From: Nitrosopumilaceae archaeon
GTDB lineage: Archaea > Thermoproteota > Nitrososphaeria > Nitrososphaerales > Nitrosopumilaceae
Length of the DNA stretch: 64,000 nucleotides
Reading direction: 5' to 3'
NCBI GenBank assembly: GCA_965214835.1
Contig: CBDCCK010000002.1
Location: 32,001 to 96,000 of the forward strand
Position 1 is the stretch's first letter; every line of letters begins with the position of its first letter. Positions 58,344 through 64,000 of this stretch are shown here, in pieces. A model generated the notes under the pieces. That model searched no databases. It worked only from the letters and a program-made list of their open reading frames with translations, and had not been told where the DNA came from. The position numbers and the translations under genes were made by a program.

Positions 58344-58841
58344 TCATTCTGGTCTGTATTTAAGCCTGGGACGGGCCACGGGTGCTATAGTCGCCATCCG
58401 TGATGATGAGGATGACGGCGACTGCATCTGCCGCAGACAGCGTACAGGCATCATTTCTGCAGGGATCAGGCGCCCTGCCGTTCCATTGGGTTCGGTTGTA
58501 GTAGTCATCACTACTGGTATGGACTCAGGCCGTCAGAGGCCGAGACGTGTCTTGCAAAGACGTCCTCCAGCCGGAACATGCCGGAGTGGCACGACTCGTT
58601 CCACCGGTGGCAGGCCACGTCACCGACAAACTCCTTGAGGGTGCGGCCGGTCTTTTCGGCGGCAGCCGACACGTCCCCGGGCTCTGCGCATGCGACAAAC
58701 AGCTCCCGGCGGCTCCGGAAGCATCCGGTATTCCACGCCCTGATGATGTCGTCCATCCCGCACTTGCCGACCATGAGCCGGATGCCGCATATCTTGCGCA
58801 TGACGGGATCGCGCAGATAGTCAGCATTGCAGGGATCAGTG

Positions 58842-59264
58842 TCACTCGTGTGGAAAACCATCAGAGTATTCCCTCCAGAGAAGTGGCCCGAACTTTCTGC
58901 CGGCCGAGTCTGCTGCGCGCCTTAAGGCATTCTTGATCCTGATGCCTGCCCAGGCGGTTCCCCGTTCGATGCGGTCCCCTATTGCGAGCGTCGGATCCAC
59001 GACCCTTGTGCCTCTGACCAGAAACGCGTGATCTATGGGAATCCCGAGTGATGGAACCATCACCAACCCCTCATAGTAGTCAAGCCCGCCGAACTCGTTT
59101 CTTGCGCAGTTGGCATAGCACTGTTGCATCTTGCACAAGCGCGCCAGGCGGCTGCTCTCCTCGGAGTCGACCTCGGTGAATACCGTGGCGCGCTCCTCAA
59201 ACCACCGTCTGTAGTCGTCCCTCATTGGAAGGGGTCCGAACAGCTCGCCGATTGTCGCAGTCAT
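58842..59264 (-). CDS. Transglutaminase/papain-like small protein
   Basis: QCY.N...YYEG...PI.HA....VVDPT, a Cys-His-Asp arrangement. Confidence 0.55.
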   Translation of the reverse strand: MTATIGELFGPLPMRDDYRRWFEERATVFTEVDSEESSRLARLCKMQQCYANCARNEFGGLDYYEGLVMVPSLGIPIDHAFLVRGTRVVDPTLAIGDRIERGTAWAGIRIKNALRRAADSAGRKFGPLLWREYSDGFPHE

Positions 59265-59429
59265 TGGGACATGCCAAACGCGACGCGGTCGCCGCACCCG
59301 GAACACCTGGCCCACGACTCCGGGAACGCACCGCCGGCGCCAAACTCCATGGACGTCAGCTCACCTGCCCTCACGTACACGCTCCCACATTCACACGAGG
59401 CAAAGGTCTCGGTCACAGAATCCAGCATG

Positions 59430-60206
59430 CTAGTGCTGATGCATGTCAAACCAGACACGCTCGCCGCACTCTGTACATACGGCATTCCTGCCGTCCCGGA
59501 TCCATGACTCTGGGAACCCGTCCTCCTCAAGGTCATCGGACTCCAGGCAGCCGGAATACAGGTATACTGTTCCACACCTGCATCCTGCGGAGGCAGAGTC
59601 CATGGCCGACAGGAAGCAGTCCATGTCATTTACGCGGAACGCCCTGGGCCTCGTGTATCCGGCGCGCAGGTCGCACCCGCCGTGGTACTGCAGCAGTATG
59701 CCCGTCTCGCCGTCCTCGTCGGTGAACCGGACAAACTGCACGACATCCATGAGGCTGTGCTCGTCGTTGCAGGTGTTGCACACGCCGTACTCCGAATCAA
59801 CAGAGTCGGCAAACTCCTCCATGGATTCCAGCCACGCCTTCTGGTTGTCGGGATCAGTCCTGGCGCACCAGCGCATGAACCGCTTCTGAAGCGCGTCGTC
59901 ATAGTCCAGATAGTCGCAGAGCAGCGCAAACGTGTTTACGCATATTCCGTCGATTTTCCCGTCGTGATCAAACGACGGCCAGGCGTTCGGGGCAGTATCA
60001 AACCCGTTCTTGCGGTTTGACTGCCACTTTCTGCCATAGTATTCTCCAGAGTCCAGGAGTGATGCCCCGGTGCTCTCCGTCATCATGTTGAATACCACCC
60101 TGGCCGTTCCCTTGTGGGGGTTGTACGGCCTGGGGTGGGAGGACTCATGCCGTCCCTCCAGCATGGAGTCTCCAATCTGCATCAGCAGTTTTACATTTTC
60201 TTTCAT
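59430..60206 (-). CDS. Conserved virus-type hypothetical protein
   Basis: M.TE.TG...LDSG..YGR.WQ.N and HGGCD.R.GYT.P motifs. Confidence 0.7.
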   Translation of the reverse strand: MKENVKLLMQIGDSMLEGRHESSHPRPYNPHKGTARVVFNMMTESTGASLLDSGEYYGRKWQSNRKNGFDTAPNAWPSFDHDGKIDGICVNTFALLCDYLDYDDALQKRFMRWCARTDPDNQKAWLESMEEFADSVDSEYGVCNTCNDEHSLMDVVQFVRFTDEDGETGILLQYHGGCDLRAGYTRPRAFRVNDMDCFLSAMDSASAGCRCGTVYLYSGCLESDDLEEDGFPESWIRDGRNAVCTECGERVWFDMHQH

Positions 60207-60572
60207 AGTATCTCCTCCGGTTGTGTCATGTTTTTTCGCGCCGCGTGTTCGGTCAGGCGCAACGATTGGATGTCAGGCAGGGGCCTCATTTGCGGGCCTC
60301 TGGCCGGACTTTTTCTTTCTTCTCCACTGCGCTGCCAGCCTTTCGGCCCTTTCGATGTATTTTATTTTGGACTGGCAGGTCTTGTAGGCGGCAAGGCGCC
60401 TCCTGCAGTCGGGGTGTCTGCAGGTGACAAGGTGCTGCGCGTTGATCCACAGCTGGCCCTCCCTCTGCTTTCCGGGCTCCATGGGTACGCCGCCAAGACA
60501 GAACGTCCATATGTTACACACCATGTGTGATCAGCCTCCCTTCTTCCCATACCGGGATGTTTTTCCGGCCCA

Positions 60573-60917
60573 TCAGAGCTTTTTCTCTATCCTTTCCAGA
60601 ACGCCCATCATCTCACCGTGGTTTCGATTCATGGATGATGTCATTTCCTTGAGGATTTCGGTGTGGGATTTCAGCGTATCGTCAAGCTTGTCAAAGCGCT
60701 CGTAGATCTTCTGTGCCACATCAGATGTCGTAAACATCATGTATATTGCTACGGCACCGGCGATAATAAACGTCGCCCCGACGGCCACCTGTATCTCGGT
60801 GTACGGAGCCGCAACTCCAATGGCAAGAAGGAACACTCCTGAGATGACCAGCGCAATCAGGAAGCGGCTGGCAACTATCCTTCCTTTCCAGCTTTCAGTG
60901 TCTACCTTCAAGCCCAC
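60573..60917 (-). CDS. Two-TM protein with coiled-coil tail (related to the 37.8-39.4 kb family)
   Basis: Two hydrophobic helices followed by a heptad-like tail ending L.RIE.KL. Confidence 0.6.
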   Translation of the reverse strand: MGLKVDTESWKGRIVASRFLIALVISGVFLLAIGVAAPYTEIQVAVGATFIIAGAVAIYMMFTTSDVAQKIYERFDKLDDTLKSHTEILKEMTSSMNRNHGEMMGVLERIEKKL

Positions 60918-61016
60918 GGTGCGGCGCCCTTCCTCACGCTGTCTGATGAGTACAGTCCGGCTAGGCGCTCTGCGGCGGAGATGATGACTGCCATCCCTGT
61001 TGCGTCAACGACCATC

Positions 61017-61640
61017 TCACACCTCGTCGCTTTCTGTGAACCCGGTCTCCTCAAGTATGTCCTCGATGCCATAAAAGCCGGCACACGAGTCCATCGAGAT
61101 TTCAGTCAACAGCTGGCCGCAGCCGCATGGCTCCTCCTTTGTGACCTCATAGCTGTACACCTCGCCGTTGAGGTACTGCGAGTATGTCTTGATCTCGGAT
61201 TTCAGGTGCCTGTCAATCTCCTCGTCGGCGGGGACATCATCATCGCCGTAGATCTCCCTGATCTTCTCGTCGGTCGTGAAGATATAGCCAACAAAGGACG
61301 TGTCCCATCCCTGCGGGTCAAGCCACAACTCCTCCTTCCTGGTGCTCAGTGCCACGCCGGAATGCTCGTACATGTACACGTGGTGTATGTTGCGCGCGCC
61401 GCGCAGCCATTCGGGCACGAACCTCTCGCACTCGCAGTCGCACTTGTACATGTCGCAGTTTGCGCACAGCGGGTGGGCAGCCGAGTTACGGTCAAGCTCG
61501 ACGTCGCCAAGGTTGTAGTCCGGGTGGTAGCACACCATCACTCCGAGGTTGCTCCAATCCCTCGGGGACTCGGCGCACTCGTCATGGAATACTGAGAGCT
61601 TTTCCCCCTTTTTGTTTACGTATGTTGCTATTGCTTCCAT
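61017..61640 (-). CDS. Conserved phage-type acidic hypothetical protein
   Basis: ESPR.W.NLG.M.C.H..Y.LGD, Y.YEHSG, WD...VG, YLNGEVY.Y, DSC.GFYG. Confidence 0.72.
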   Translation of the reverse strand: MEAIATYVNKKGEKLSVFHDECAESPRDWSNLGVMVCYHPDYNLGDVELDRNSAAHPLCANCDMYKCDCECERFVPEWLRGARNIHHVYMYEHSGVALSTRKEELWLDPQGWDTSFVGYIFTTDEKIREIYGDDDVPADEEIDRHLKSEIKTYSQYLNGEVYSYEVTKEEPCGCGQLLTEISMDSCAGFYGIEDILEETGFTESDEV

Positions 61641-61655
61641 TGTATCTGCCTCCTC

Positions 61656-63898
61656 TTATTTTGGGATTTCAAGGGCGCCGCAGCCCTCGACATACTGGAC
61701 TATGGCCTCCGGATCCCACGATCCGTCTTCGTCAAGTCCTGCATTCTTTGCTATGTGGTTTGCCGAATCGCCCTGTGTAAAAAAGTCCATGTCCAGATCA
61801 GGATGCGATATGCCAAAGTAGCTCAGCGACTCGTTGTACACTATCTCGTATTTGTGTCCGCACACGGTGACTGCAAGCGTGTTCTCAGGCGGCGTCATGA
61901 TGACTGTGCCTGCACTGCAAACTCGGCATACTGGTCACGGAGGCGAATTCCGTCCCAGCCTTCGATCCTCACGGGATGAGCGGCTATCCCCTTCATGGAA
62001 TTGTCATAGAACTGGACGCTCACCCAGACGTGACGATCCGAGTCGGGTTTTACGCGGTGATCCAGGAATCCGAACACGTCGCCGTGCACGTCCCATTTGC
62101 ACAGTGCCAGGCATTTCTCCACGGTAGCCGCAAAGTCGTCTGCAAATGCCTGGGCAGGCGACCCGGCATGCGGGCCGTAAAAAAGTCTCGTGCTCATTGT
62201 GCAGCAGGTATGCCCTCGGCGCACGCCATGCACATGCAGTTGTGGTGTTTCCTCTCAAGGCATACCGCAGGCTGCCCGGCCGGCCTTGCCGACGAGCATT
62301 TTGGATGCGCGCAGAACACAGCAAAGTGATGCGTCACGTCTGTCTTGCATTTTATACATTCCATTTGTTTTCCTCCCTGTTTGTCGGATTCGCCGGTCGT
62401 TATGGGAATGGGGACCATTCCTTCTCGACCTTCATTTGGTTCCACCCGATGGCCTCAAGGACAAGCTGGCTAAGCAGGCGCTGGAATTGATCATTGTCAC
62501 TTCCATCGTCAAATCCATTGGCGGCGTGTTCGAACGCCGTCTTGACCTCGTCTTCAGTCGGCTTTCTTCTAAGCCGTTCCATCAGGTGCGCATAAACGTC
62601 CTCGCGACGCAGCCAGAAGGCCGCCCTAGGTTCCATTTGGTTTTCAAGTTTGCTCATTTTCTTCCTCCGTTGGTTTCTTTCAGTATGTCAGCGGCATGGT
62701 GCGCCCTGACATTTCACTTGGGCCTCAGGCAGCGTGCAATCGCAGTCTGCCTCGTCATAGTAGAGGATGATGCAGTCGCGACTCCTGCTGACTATGATGC
62801 CTCCAAGCTCGTATCCGCCAAGCTTCCTGTGCGGCGGCACAGAGTTGACGGTCTTGATGTCCAGATCCACGCGGACGCTGATGCGGTGTATGCCGTCGAC
62901 ATATCCGTAGTGGTCGCGTGCCACTATGTTCTGCGCGCCGGATCCAAACGCCTTTTTGAAGACCTCCTCGATCTCGTCGGCCTCCCTTGTCTTGTATTTG
63001 TCAGTCAGGCTCAATCCCGCAATCCCCCTGTTCTGGTCCAGCCGTCATCCTCAAGGCAGGCAGGACACCTGCGGTGGTGGTCTGTAGGTGATTCTATGGG
63101 AACAGAGTGGCCGCAGTTATCGCACATGAGGCTGCCGTACGTATCCGAACTCAATCCTCGTCATCCTCGGGATTAAAGTCGGCCGCCCTGTCTCCTATTA
63201 TATCCCAGAATACCTCGTGCAGGTACTCGTTGTCTTTGATGGACTTTTTGCAGTCATCGAACACCTCGATTATCTCCTCCCGCGTGGGCATCCTGTTCAG
63301 CCGGCCGCCGAGCTTGAGCACGACGTCCTCCCAGGACAGCTTGAGGACACAGGCGGGCTCGGGCATGTCCCTGTACTTTGAATCGTCTCCTCCGCTGATC
63401 CACAGGTCGACCCAGTCGGGATCCTTGCGTGTGTGGGAGTCCTTGTCCTTCATTTTCTTTCCTCCGGCATTTTATCCCACACGAACTGGTCTACGGCAAT
63501 GCGCAGGTCAACCCCATAGTGCTCGGTGAAATAGTCGTCCTTGAGACAGTCTTTGCAGTAGCCAAACGCCCGGATGATCTCCTCCCGCGAGGGCTCGCGG
63601 TCCAGCATGTCCCTCAGCTTTTCCTCCACGTCCTCCCAGGAAAGCGTCAGGACGCATACGGGCTTTGGCATGTTTTGGTGCTTCAATCCGAATGCTCCTG
63701 GCAGCACACCAGTGTGATGTAGACGTTGTCTGCCTCGACGTCCCAGACATGCAGTCCTGCCTGTCCTATGAGGATCAGATCGCCGGGAGTGATACCCTCC
63801 CCGATGGGGGCGCTGAACGCGTACCTTCCCCCTTCCCGGGGTGTCATCGTACAGGATTCCAGCTGGCACTCCAGGTCGGAGATCACAGTCAGAGACAT
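61656..63898 (-). CDS. Run of small acidic hypothetical ORFs (61656-61898, 61895-62233, 62400-62657, 62688-63014, 63151-63453, 63450-63671, 63683-63898)
   Basis: Same-strand, RBS-preceded ORFs; three share an L.W/R.ED....L.R.P(T/S)..E motif. Confidence 0.55.
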
Positions 63899-64000
63899 GT
63901 CATATTCTCCCGGGACGGTTCCCCGCGTTGATCACGATCCTCCATGGAAGGCGCCAGGGCGTACACCGGCTCCGGCATGTCTGTGAGGCTCAAGATGCTA

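Overview
This looks like a 64-kb piece of a large extrachromosomal or integrated element (virus, provirus or plasmid) of an archaeon. The host is most likely a GC-rich Nitrososphaerota/Thaumarchaeota, judged from the PolB1-type polymerase, PriL and several small host-like genes. No virion or integrase genes are visible. There are three blocks. (1) 1-14.0 kb is a plus-strand, translationally coupled replication module: PolB, two DNA repeat arrays, a ParB/MT-A70 fusion, an inactive and an active SF3 (D5-like) helicase, a DinG/XPD-like helicase, PriL, Cys-rich micro-ORFs and a RusA-like resolvase. (2) 15.0-34.7 kb is mostly minus-strand defence and cargo: a PLD-SNF2 helicase with a large N6-MTase, a type III R-M system, ParB, SAM methyltransferases, a truncated ABC ATPase and an odd tRNA. 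(3) 36-64 kb is a long minus-strand run of small phage-like hypothetical genes with many internal paralogues, two GHKL (rIIA/Hsp90-like) ATPases, a DUF932-like gene, an ISH3-like IS and several highly structured intergenic segments. The most striking observations are these. A tandem pair of hammerhead-like ribozymes with branched insertions could excise a 291-nt RNA. An array of 22 palindromes has spacings clustered near 5, 6 and 7 helical turns. A tRNA has an alanine-type acceptor stem (G3:U70) but an AAG (Leu) anticodon, and its anticodon arm is duplicated upstream. There is a ~400-nt structured RNA candidate. The PolB carries a Tyr-to-Ser change in motif B. All calls come from reading the sequence by eye; no searches or folding programs were run.
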